Sequence record: SRR31156797_4835 | DNA: 42,479 nt | Reading direction: 5' to 3' (one strand) | Shown: positions 28,945 through 37,835 of the stretch, one piece after another | Layout: each line of letters opens with the position of its first letter | Numbering within the stretch: position 1 is the first letter of the stretch | The notes under the pieces: model-generated | Database searches by the model: none | What the model was told of the DNA's origin: nothing | What the model saw: the letters and a program-made list of their open reading frames with translations, nothing else | Made by a program: the position numbers and the translations under genes

Positions 28945-29559
28945 ATGCTTAAAGTTCTTTCTGCATTTAAATTCCGAAAAATAATTACCGTAGTTATTGC
29001 TTTGTCCATCACTTTGGTGATCGCATCCTGCCACAACCAGGAATATTATCCCAGGCCCCGTGGCTATTTCCGCATCGACATGCCCGAAAAAGAATACCGG
29101 GCTTTCGACAGTACTTTCCCCTACGCTTTTCAATACCCTGAGTACGCAACCATTACTTTTGATGAGTACACCCGGCAAAATCCCTTCTGGATGAACCTGG
29201 ATTATCCGCAATACAAGGGCCGCATACACATCAGTTATAAATCGCTGGAAGATTACCAACTTTATGTTCTTACCGAAGATACAAGGGATATGGCTTTCAA
29301 ACATGCGCCAAAAGCGATGGGGATTAAAGAATCGTTGTATGCCAGCGCCAAACAGGATGTTTACGGGATGACCTATGAAATCCGGGGAAAGGATGCCGCT
29401 TCGCCATACCAGTTTTACCTTACCGACAGTACAAATCATTTTGTTAGAGGAGCACTTTATTTCAATGTTGTCCCCAATAATGATTCACTCCAACCCGTGA
29501 TCGACCTGATGATCCACGATATTAAACACATGTTTGATACTTTTACGTGGAAAAAGTAA
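28945..29559 (+). CDS. gldD: Gliding motility lipoprotein GldD
   Basis: Lipobox IASC, YPRPRGYFRID, QFYLTDSTNHFVRGALYF, PNNDSL. Confidence 0.92.
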   Translation: MLKVLSAFKFRKIITVVIALSITLVIASCHNQEYYPRPRGYFRIDMPEKEYRAFDSTFPYAFQYPEYATITFDEYTRQNPFWMNLDYPQYKGRIHISYKSLEDYQLYVLTEDTRDMAFKHAPKAMGIKESLYASAKQDVYGMTYEIRGKDAASPYQFYLTDSTNHFVRGALYFNVVPNNDSLQPVIDLMIHDIKHMFDTFTWKK

Positions 29560-29672
29560 TAAACAACCACCCTTCACCAAGATCCTTTTTATTTAGACCT
29601 GTTACTTTTAAGTAATGTAAGTTGATTACATTTGCATTTAATTATCAATCTAATCAAATTAAACAGGCCAAA

Positions 29673-31064
29673 ATGAAGATTAAATACCTCGACTTGATAG
29701 AACAAACCTTCGATTTTCCCCAGGAGGAATTTCAGGTTGAAGATGGCGAACTTCTATTCCACGATATCCCATTAATGGAAATTGTTAAGCAATATGGCAC
29801 ACCGGTAAAACTCACGTATCTGCCAGAAATCAGTAAACAAATTCAAAAAGCAAAACGGTTGTTCAACGTGGCAATGGCCAAGGTAGATTACGAGGGCGAT
29901 TACAAGTATTGCTATTGTACCAAGAGTTCGCACTTTTCATTTGTGTTGGAGGAGGCTTTGAAAAATAACATTAACATCGAAACTTCTTCAGCTTTTGATA
30001 TAAACATTGTAGAGGATTTGTACCTGAATGGATTAATCAACAAAGACATCTATATCATTTGCAATGGATTTAAACGCCCCCAGTATCTTGAAAATATCAC
30101 AAGAATCATCAATGAAGGGTTCAAAAATGTGATACCCGTGCTGGACAACATGGATGAACTTTCCTACTACGAGGAACACATTAAGGGTAAATTCAAGGTA
30201 GGTATGCGTATTGCTTCAGAGGAAGAACCCATGTTCTCGTTCTACACTTCACGATTGGGTATCCGGTATAATGATCTTGTTCCTTTTTATAATGAGCGCA
30301 TTAAGAAAAACCCGAATATTCAGCTTAAAATGCTGCACTTTTTTATCAACACCGGGATAAAGGATACTGCATACTACTGGAGTGAACTGAGCAAAAGCCT
30401 CAATGTGTATGTAGACCTAAAAAAGATTTGTCCGGATGTGGATGCACTGAATATCGGGGGTGGCTTCCCGATAAAGCGTTCGCTGGGATTTGAATACGAT
30501 TACGAATACATGGCCGAGGAGATTATTGCCCAGATTAAACTCACCTGCGAGCAAAACAACATTAAGGAGCCAGATATTTTTACGGAGTTCGGATCGTTTA
30601 CGGTAGGCGAAAGCGGAGCAGCCATTTATTCGGTTCTTAACCAAAAACGGCAAAATGACCGTGAGCTTTGGAACATGATCGACAGTTCCTTCATGACTAC
30701 CCTTCCGGATTCATGGGCCATCAACCAAAGATTTATCCTGTTGCCGATCAACCGCTGGGAAGATCCATACCAGCGCGTATTTATGGGTGGACTCACCTGC
30801 GACAGCCAGGATTATTACAACGATGAGGCACATTCAAACGCAGTGTTTCTACCCAAATTTGAACAGGATAAACCCTTATTCATCGGGTTTTTCCATACCG
30901 GCGCTTACCAGGAATCGCTGGGTGGATATGGCGGCATCCAGCACTGCCTTATCCCCGCACCCAAGCATATCATCATCGACAAGGATGAAAACGGAGACTG
31001 GTATCCCAGGCTTTTTGCAAAGGAACAAAGTTTTAAGTCGATGCTGAAAACGCTGGGGTATTAA
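29673..31064 (+). CDS. speA: Arginine decarboxylase (Bacteroidota short form, fold type III PLP)
   Basis: YCYCTKSSH (PLP Lys), ICNGFK, NIGGGFP, FTEFGSFTV, LTCDS, GAYQ; start at ATG 29673 downstream of TACATTTG (29627-29634). Confidence 0.85.
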   Translation: MKIKYLDLIEQTFDFPQEEFQVEDGELLFHDIPLMEIVKQYGTPVKLTYLPEISKQIQKAKRLFNVAMAKVDYEGDYKYCYCTKSSHFSFVLEEALKNNINIETSSAFDINIVEDLYLNGLINKDIYIICNGFKRPQYLENITRIINEGFKNVIPVLDNMDELSYYEEHIKGKFKVGMRIASEEEPMFSFYTSRLGIRYNDLVPFYNERIKKNPNIQLKMLHFFINTGIKDTAYYWSELSKSLNVYVDLKKICPDVDALNIGGGFPIKRSLGFEYDYEYMAEEIIAQIKLTCEQNNIKEPDIFTEFGSFTVGESGAAIYSVLNQKRQNDRELWNMIDSSFMTTLPDSWAINQRFILLPINRWEDPYQRVFMGGLTCDSQDYYNDEAHSNAVFLPKFEQDKPLFIGFFHTGAYQESLGGYGGIQHCLIPAPKHIIIDKDENGDWYPRLFAKEQSFKSMLKTLGY

Positions 31065-31222
31065 AATGTGCTGACTTGCAAATCGCGATTTGATTTATCA
31101 AAATATTTCATGATTGACACCCAATGCCGCTGATATAGCGGCGGACATACTCATAGGAATGTCAATTCTACAATAAATAATTCGGCCTCTTCTCACCTGA
31201 ATTAGGCTCGCTCCCTAAAAAA

Positions 31223-31329
31223 GTGTTGAGCTTTTATACACTGTTGCGTTTTTAAACAACATCAGGCAATGCCTTTGTAAATCGCCCTTTCAGGGGTTTT
31301 GTGAATTATAGTGTATAATTTCTCAACAC
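31223..31329. promoter_or_regulatory. Three TGT-N11-ACA sites: probable enhancer for a sigma54 activator
   Basis: tgttgagcttttataca (31224-31240), tgttgcgtttttaaaca (31242-31258), tgtataatttctcaaca (31312-31328); sites 1 and 3 are near-perfect reverse complements. Confidence 0.65.
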
Positions 31330-31405
31330 ATTAACAATCTGCGCCCATTACCCATTTTTATCGTATAGCGCTGTCTATAAGCGTTTTATATGCGTGAATT
31401 TATTT

Positions 31406-31420
31406 TGGTATTGAAATTGA
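31406..31420 (+). promoter_or_regulatory. sigma54-type -24/-12 promoter
   Basis: TGG-tattgaaa-TTGA has the TGG-N8-TTG spacing, lies 61 nt upstream of ATG 31482, and the operon encodes a GAFTGA activator. Confidence 0.6.
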
Positions 31421-31481
31421 GAAGGCACTATCCGACCAATATGCATCTCGAATTTATTATCACATCAAAAAATAAAATGTT

Positions 31482-33167
31482 ATGAAAAATTTAATTTCAT
31501 TTTTTACAGGATGCCTGGTGTTTTACCTGGTAAATATTGCCCTGGCAGGATCGGCTGATGTAAAACCTGAAGCCGTAAACGCTGAAATACTGCTGTATAG
31601 CACCCCCGAAATGGCCACCCTGGCACAAACCTGGGCGGATAACTATCAAAATGTATTTGATGATGTTATCGTACATACGAAAATAATAACTCCCGAAAAT
31701 ACCGGGATGCCGGTTTTTAAGGAAACTGACGTTGCGCTTTTAACAGGACAGGAAATCGACCGGCTGACCGATGCTTCGTATCTTAAATTTGTTGTTGGGC
31801 GGGACGTTATTGTACCTGTAATCAATTCAGAAAATCCGTTCTCAGCCTTGATCAGAAATACGGGTTTCACGCCTCAATATCTTCAGGAATTGTTTTCAAA
31901 ACAGAGCGAAACAAACTGGGGTATGCTGGGTGAGTCCGGGAAAAACCTACCGCTGAACATCTATTTGCCAAATGATGAAACTGTTCAATTTGCTGTTGCA
32001 GAATTTTTGGGTGTTCCCTTTTCAGAACTTACCCGGGAATCAGCTACCGGCGGAATCTCAGCAAAAATACAGGCCGACAAATATGGTTTGGGATGGTGCA
32101 TGCTTTCTGAAGTTTTAGACTCAAAAACCGGTAACCTGATTGAAGGGATTCAGTTGCTTCCGATAGATAGAAATGGAAACGGCGAAATACATCACTTTGA
32201 GAATATTTATAGCGGAATGTATGACTTTAACCGTGGGGTTTGGATTGGAAAATATCCCCACGATCTTATAACCAATATTTATATTGTGATACCTGAAGCC
32301 GGATTATATGGCGATGGCGCCGGCTTTGTGAAATGGGCTGTAACCGATGGACAAGAAGCATTGGCCTCACTTGGCCATAACCCCATGTTGGGCATCGAAA
32401 AAACCGATGTACTTGATGTGATGGCCCTGCCGGGAAACCTTACCAGTGATTCAGGGGGTCGCCTTTCTTCAATAGCGATCGTTCTGTTAATCATTGGTGG
32501 TATAATTCTATTGATCATTGGGGTTGCAACAATATTCAGCTACACAGGAAACGCTGCCATAGCCGCAATAAACAACAGCGAAACACCTGGCGGATACATC
32601 GATGAAAACAGGTTGTCGCTCCCGGGAGGCCTTTATTTTGACAAAACCCATATGTGGGCCTTTATGGAAAAAGAGGGCAGCCTCCGGGTTGGTGTTGATG
32701 ACTTCCTACAACATGTTACCGGCTCATTTTCACGCGTGATCATGAAAAAGAAAGGTCAAAAAATCAAAAAAAATGAACACCTCATCACCTTAATCAGAGA
32801 TGGCAAGCAAATCGATCTCTATTCCCCGGTGTCAGGAACTGTTGTTGACAGCAACCGGTCCATTGCCGAATCTCCTGAACTGATTAATACATCACCATAC
32901 AACGACGGCTGGTTATATATAATCGAACCCTCAAACTGGCTTCGTGAAATTAGTTTTATGCACATGGCTGAAAAACACCTGGAATGGCTAAAATCAGAGT
33001 TTGAAAGGTTGAAAGACTTTTTGGCTTCCAGACTGCATACGGGCAACAACATTGCCAATGAGTTGGTGCTTCAGGAGGGTGGTATGCTCAAGGACCATGT
33101 TCTGGAAGATCTGGACCCTGAAATTTGGGAAGACTTCCAGAAGTGCTTTATCGACAGACCCATTTAA
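31482..33167 (+). CDS. Fusion protein: signal peptide + PstS-like periplasmic binding domain + TM helix + GcvH-like domain
   Basis: GRDVIVPVINSENP and GKYP..L..NIY resemble PBP_like/PstS; TM IAIVLLIIGGIILLIIGVATIF; YFDKTHMW, RVGVDDF, LYSPVSGTVV..N, LINTSPYNDGWL are H-protein motifs. Confidence 0.8.
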   Translation: MKNLISFFTGCLVFYLVNIALAGSADVKPEAVNAEILLYSTPEMATLAQTWADNYQNVFDDVIVHTKIITPENTGMPVFKETDVALLTGQEIDRLTDASYLKFVVGRDVIVPVINSENPFSALIRNTGFTPQYLQELFSKQSETNWGMLGESGKNLPLNIYLPNDETVQFAVAEFLGVPFSELTRESATGGISAKIQADKYGLGWCMLSEVLDSKTGNLIEGIQLLPIDRNGNGEIHHFENIYSGMYDFNRGVWIGKYPHDLITNIYIVIPEAGLYGDGAGFVKWAVTDGQEALASLGHNPMLGIEKTDVLDVMALPGNLTSDSGGRLSSIAIVLLIIGGIILLIIGVATIFSYTGNAAIAAINNSETPGGYIDENRLSLPGGLYFDKTHMWAFMEKEGSLRVGVDDFLQHVTGSFSRVIMKKKGQKIKKNEHLITLIRDGKQIDLYSPVSGTVVDSNRSIAESPELINTSPYNDGWLYIIEPSNWLREISFMHMAEKHLEWLKSEFERLKDFLASRLHTGNNIANELVLQEGGMLKDHVLEDLDPEIWEDFQKCFIDRPI

Positions 33168-33216
33168 CTGAAATTAGTGTTCAAATCAATAAACCAGATT
33201 CAAAATTCATTGAGAT

Positions 33217-34083
33217 ATGAAAATTGACAGAAGAAATTTTTTCAGGGTAGTCGGTGTAACCGGTGCGTCACTGGCTCTGAACGAAAAATTAAATGCCGCT
33301 CCTGAAAATGAATTGGAAGATGATCCTTACGGATTGCTTATCGATTCATTTATGTGTGGTGGCTGCCAGAGTTGTGAGTTTGCCTGTGCTGAAACACACG
33401 GCTTTGCAGAACCCGTAGAGGAACCACAGGTTGGGGTAATTAGAAAAACAGACCATACCCGCCGAACAGTTGTTAATGCTTTTGAAACATCAGAAGGCCA
33501 GGTAACCATAAAAAAACAATGTATGCATTGCATTGATCCGGCTTGCGTTTCGGCATGCCTCACCAAGGCCATGTATAAAACTCCGGAAGGGCCTGTCATC
33601 TGGCGGGAAGATAAGTGTATGGGTTGCAGATACTGCATGATATCCTGTCCGTTTGACGTTCCAAAATTTGAGTATAACAGCCCAAACCCCAGGATTATAA
33701 AATGCGACATGTGCTACGATCGCATCAAAGAAGGGAAAATACCGGCATGTGCAGAAATATGCCCTGCCGATGCAATTGTGTTTGGCAAAAGAAGCGAATT
33801 ACGTAAAGAAGCGCGCAACCGCATATCGGAATTCCCGGAATTTTACCGTGATTATATCTACGGAGAAACCGAAGCTGGTGGTGCCGGAGTGATCTATATC
33901 GGACAGGTACCATTCGATGAAGTAGGATTTAAAACAGGGTTGGAGAAAAATTCCTATCCGTCCCTCTCCAAGGGATTCCTTTACAGTGTGCCTTTTGTGT
34001 TTGTGCTGTGGCCACCGCTGCTATTGGGAATTCATGAAGCAACAAAGAATAATCAAACCAAAAATCCGGACGAAGATGAATAA
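33217..34083 (+). CDS. Tat-exported 4x[4Fe-4S] ferredoxin-type subunit (HybA/HmcB-like) with C-terminal membrane anchor
   Basis: DRRNFF Tat motif; CGGCQSCEFAC, CMHCIDPACVSAC, CMGCRYCMISCP, CDMC...CAEICP; YIYGETEAGG; hydrophobic C-terminal segment. Confidence 0.9.
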   Translation: MKIDRRNFFRVVGVTGASLALNEKLNAAPENELEDDPYGLLIDSFMCGGCQSCEFACAETHGFAEPVEEPQVGVIRKTDHTRRTVVNAFETSEGQVTIKKQCMHCIDPACVSACLTKAMYKTPEGPVIWREDKCMGCRYCMISCPFDVPKFEYNSPNPRIIKCDMCYDRIKEGKIPACAEICPADAIVFGKRSELRKEARNRISEFPEFYRDYIYGETEAGGAGVIYIGQVPFDEVGFKTGLEKNSYPSLSKGFLYSVPFVFVLWPPLLLGIHEATKNNQTKNPDEDE

Positions 34084-35308
34084 TACAAGCCAGTACACAT
34101 TATCAAAACACGGTAACGGCAAGAACATGTGGAAATTTCTTGTTGCCGAACTAAAGCCAAAAGGTAAACTATTCACACCTTTCAACATTATTTCCATTCC
34201 GATTATACTAACAGGCCTGGTGCTCATTGTTATCCGTTTCTGGAAGGGAATTGGAGCGGTAACAAACCTGACCCAGGATGTTCCCTGGGGCCTCTGGATC
34301 GGATTTGACGTGGTAACAGGTGTAGCATTTGCCGGTGGCGCTTATGTCATCACCTTCATGGTGTATATTCTGAATATGAAAAAATACCATTCCATTGTCC
34401 GGGTAACCGTACTTAACGGATTCCTGGCCTATGTTTTTTATGCCGGAGCACTGCTGCTCGATTTGGGCCGTCCGTGGAATGTGATCAATCCAATTATTGG
34501 GAACAGTTTTGGTACAAGCTCGGTATTATTTCTCGTCGCCTGGCATTTTCTGCTTTATATGATCGCACAGCTAATTGAATTTTCACCGGCCATTGCCGAG
34601 TGGCTGGGGGCCCGGCGAGCACATCGTATACTTTCGGGCATGACCCTGGCAGCCGTAATATTCGGCATCACGCTGTCAACACTCCACCAATCCGGGCTTG
34701 GCGCGTTGTACCTTATGGCCAAAGAAAAAATCCATCCACTTTGGTATTCGGAGTTTATTCCCATCCTGTTTTTTGTGTCCAGCATCTTCGCGGGTCTTTC
34801 CATGGTAATTTTCGAAGGCTCTATCAGCAGTAAAGTTTTCTCAGATCAGATCAGCGAAAAAAACCACCGGTCGCACCGTAGGATCATACACGGTTTAAGT
34901 AAAATCTGTGCAGGTACGCTTTTCGCCTATTTCTTTCTGCAGGTTGTAGTATTCGTACACGGCCAGCACTGGAACCTGTTGAATACCCCAATGGGATACT
35001 GGTACCTCACTGAAATGTTGGGATTCGTTGCACTTCCCACATTATTATTTGTGCTTGGGTATAAACAAAATAGTGTAATTATCATCAAAATTGCATCCAT
35101 CCTAACCATTTTAGGGATAATCATCAACCGGCTCAACATTACTGTTATCGGGTTCAGGTGGGATGCTGCAACACCCTATGTTCCATCATGGATGGAAATT
35201 GTAGTTACCCTCACGGTGATCTTTACCGAGATATGGATTTTCAGGTGGGTAATTAACCGCATGCCTGTACTCCGCGAATCTCCGTCCTGGGCAAAACATA
35301 ATTCATAA
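34076..35308 (+). CDS. NrfD/PsrC-family integral membrane protein (HybB/HmcC-like)
   Basis: PWGLWIGFDV..GVA.AGG, LDLGRPWN, STLHQSGLGAL, Y.PSWME; about 10 TM helices; ATG 34076 overlaps the upstream gene by 8 nt. Confidence 0.9.
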   Translation: MNNTSQYTLSKHGNGKNMWKFLVAELKPKGKLFTPFNIISIPIILTGLVLIVIRFWKGIGAVTNLTQDVPWGLWIGFDVVTGVAFAGGAYVITFMVYILNMKKYHSIVRVTVLNGFLAYVFYAGALLLDLGRPWNVINPIIGNSFGTSSVLFLVAWHFLLYMIAQLIEFSPAIAEWLGARRAHRILSGMTLAAVIFGITLSTLHQSGLGALYLMAKEKIHPLWYSEFIPILFFVSSIFAGLSMVIFEGSISSKVFSDQISEKNHRSHRRIIHGLSKICAGTLFAYFFLQVVVFVHGQHWNLLNTPMGYWYLTEMLGFVALPTLLFVLGYKQNSVIIIKIASILTILGIIINRLNITVIGFRWDAATPYVPSWMEIVVTLTVIFTEIWIFRWVINRMPVLRESPSWAKHNS

Positions 35309-35338
35309 ACTTTTTGTAAAAATTAAATTTATTATATC

Positions 35339-36049
35339 ATGAACCAAATAATTTATACCGGCCTGTTTGAAACCAAAGGCATAGAATATATCATCGTCAT
35401 TGCCTTCCTGGTGGTTCTCATCCCATTTTGGATATACATCAGCAACAGCAAAAAAGTTGTGCAAACCATTAATCGTACCATCGACAACCTGACTCAAAAA
35501 ATCCTGAATTTGCCCCAGGGTATCTATTTCAGTAAAAATCATACCTGGGCTTTTATGGAAAAATATGGTGCTGCCAAAGTCGGGCTCAACGATTTTCTTG
35601 CTTCTATCCTCGGCAAGGTAAAGGTTAGATTGGTGAAAAACCCCGGAGACCTGGTAGAAAAAGGTGAAATCGTTGCTGAATTAGAACATGGAGACAAGCG
35701 GCTGATGATCAAATCACCATTATCGGGTACCATTGTGAAAATTAACGAAAATGTGCTTGAAAACCCGGGTTTGATCAACAGCAGTACCTATGAATCGGGG
35801 TGGCTCATTGATATAACTCCTGACCAGTGGAAAGCCGAAACCAACACGTTCCTAATGGCCGACAATGCCACCAGGTGGATACTCAATGAAGTAGACAGGT
35901 TTAAAGATTTTCTTGCTGTTACCATGGTGCGTAATAGCGCTGAACCGGAATTGATCGCCTTTCAGGAGGGTGGAGAACTGCGCAGCCGGATCTTGGACGA
36001 TCTGGATGGGAACATATGGGCAGAGTTCCAGAAATCCTTCCTCGAATAA
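35339..36049 (+). CDS. Membrane-anchored GcvH-like protein
   Basis: N-terminal FETKGIEY plus TM helix; YFSKNHTW, KVGLNDF, KSPLSGTIVKIN, YESGWL, FQEGG; clear paralogue of the C-terminal domain of 31482..33167. Confidence 0.85.
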   Translation: MNQIIYTGLFETKGIEYIIVIAFLVVLIPFWIYISNSKKVVQTINRTIDNLTQKILNLPQGIYFSKNHTWAFMEKYGAAKVGLNDFLASILGKVKVRLVKNPGDLVEKGEIVAELEHGDKRLMIKSPLSGTIVKINENVLENPGLINSSTYESGWLIDITPDQWKAETNTFLMADNATRWILNEVDRFKDFLAVTMVRNSAEPELIAFQEGGELRSRILDDLDGNIWAEFQKSFLE

Positions 36050-36155
36050 TGAAGGCCAGGATGTTGGTGTTAAAATATTTTGAATTGATTGTATTTTTTG
36101 TATTTTGCAAAACGCTGAACATCTGGCAATCCTCTCTGGAAATAGGCTAAAAAAA

Positions 36156-37826
36156 ATGAAAACTGAATGGAAAAACAGGTTTGGTGATATCAACAGGGTT
36201 ATAAAAAAATCCCTGCGCTTCCGGTCGTCCATATTTGGAAGGGTAATTGTAATTATCACCCTGCTGTCCATCTTTCTTTTTGTAAGTTTCGGGTTAATAT
36301 TCCGATCGGTTTATGAAAACCATCTAAATACGGTAATTCGCCAGAACGGAAACAATATCGGATCGATTGTTGAGGGAGCCCTATACCATTCGATGCTGAA
36401 AAATGACAAGGGAGCATTGCAAAACACACTGGACATCATCAATACCCTGCCCAACATTGATGAGCTCAATTTGTATGACAACAAAGACAGCCTTGTGTAT
36501 TCGTCCTATTCATTCGATACTCCCGATCACGGTGATCCGGACTGTAAAAGCTGTCATGCAGATATACACACCATGTTCCCGGCCAGGGAAAAATCATACC
36601 GCCTTATCAGCAATGCCAGTGTGTGTAACATGTCTGTTGGTGCCACAGAAGAATCATTCAGACAGTTGATGATCCGTTCACCCATTTTTAATGAAAAATC
36701 TTGTTACACCGCGTCTTGCCATGCCCACAGCAAATCAGAAGAAGTGTTGGGATCGCTGATCATCAAAATACCACTCCGGGAATTAGACACTGCAGTATCA
36801 AAATCTTCAACGGAATTTTTCCTGCTTGCAGCCCTGAGTACTTTTTTACTGGTGCTTGTACTGATATTTTTTACACGCCGAAATATCAAGGAACCGCTCA
36901 AGGCCATCATCACTGCCAGCGAGGCTGTTGCGAAAGGCAACAGGGAAATGCGCCTCGACATTAAACCAAATCTGCTTGACGACATGCGCCTGGTTTCGGT
37001 AGCGTTCAACAATATGCTTGACAACCTGCAACAGGCTAACAAAGAGCTCCGTAACTGGTCGCAACAGCTTGAATACAAAGTTCAAAAAAAATCTGAAGAA
37101 CTCTCTGAAATACAGAATGAGCTGATTCACGTGGAACGGATTGCGTCACTGGGAAAGCTGTCTTCATCTGTTGCCCATGAAATCAATAATCCATTGTCCG
37201 GCGTTCTCACTTACTCCAAACTGGTCCACAAACAACTCGAAAAACTGGAGGTAAATTTTAATTCCAAACAATCGATGCTGAAATACCTGACAGTGATCGA
37301 AAATGAAACCAAAAGATGCGGCGATATTGTGAAGGGCCTGCTGGATTTTTCGCGCAAGGACCAGCAAAATTTCGAATATAAACATCTGCATGCCATACTG
37401 CAGGACACCTTTACACTCATGGCACACCAAATGAAGATTTCGGATATTAATTTTTATACTGATTTAAAAGCAGATGATGACCTGATAAACTGCAATGAAA
37501 ACCAGGTTAAACAAGCCTGTGTGGCCATCCTGGTAAATTCGAGTGAGGCAACAGGCAGTGGTGGAGAAGTGGTCATTCACACCGAAAATCCCGATCCTGA
37601 ACATGTAAGGATGAATATTTCAGATACCGGAATAGGTATCTCCGGGGAAGATATGCAGCATATTTTCGAACCGTTTTTTTCGGCCAAGAAAAAAACCAAC
37701 GGTATCGGGCTGGGACTGGCCATCGTTCACGGGATTATTCAAAGTCACAAAGGAAAAATCGACATACAATCCGAAGTGAATAAAGGAACTACCCTGTCGA
37801 TAACATTACCATTGGGTAAAAAATAA
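36156..37826 (+). CDS. HAMP sensor histidine kinase with periplasmic c-type heme-binding motifs
   Basis: Two TM helices flank CKSCH and CYTASCH; HAMP; H-box VAHEINNPL; DTGIG, GIGLGL. Start placed at ATG 36156. Confidence 0.9.
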   Translation: MKTEWKNRFGDINRVIKKSLRFRSSIFGRVIVIITLLSIFLFVSFGLIFRSVYENHLNTVIRQNGNNIGSIVEGALYHSMLKNDKGALQNTLDIINTLPNIDELNLYDNKDSLVYSSYSFDTPDHGDPDCKSCHADIHTMFPAREKSYRLISNASVCNMSVGATEESFRQLMIRSPIFNEKSCYTASCHAHSKSEEVLGSLIIKIPLRELDTAVSKSSTEFFLLAALSTFLLVLVLIFFTRRNIKEPLKAIITASEAVAKGNREMRLDIKPNLLDDMRLVSVAFNNMLDNLQQANKELRNWSQQLEYKVQKKSEELSEIQNELIHVERIASLGKLSSSVAHEINNPLSGVLTYSKLVHKQLEKLEVNFNSKQSMLKYLTVIENETKRCGDIVKGLLDFSRKDQQNFEYKHLHAILQDTFTLMAHQMKISDINFYTDLKADDDLINCNENQVKQACVAILVNSSEATGSGGEVVIHTENPDPEHVRMNISDTGIGISGEDMQHIFEPFFSAKKKTNGIGLGLAIVHGIIQSHKGKIDIQSEVNKGTTLSITLPLGKK

Positions 37827-37835
37827 ACGTATACC

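Noticed and set aside
28702-29439. 245-aa minus-strand ORF, and similar antisense ORFs such as 3535..4059 and 10086..10673
   Set aside because: They overlap well-supported genes on the opposite strand and show no recognisable motifs.
31126-31142. gccgct-gatat-agcggc hairpin after speA as an intrinsic terminator
   Set aside because: No U-tract follows; plausible but unsupported.
31482-36049. Calling the locus a glycine cleavage system (gcvH) or hydrogenase-2 (hybAB)
   Set aside because: No gcvP/T/L or hydrogenase subunits are in the locus, and the H-like domains are membrane-anchored and lack the canonical lipoyl-Lys, so gene symbols were withheld.
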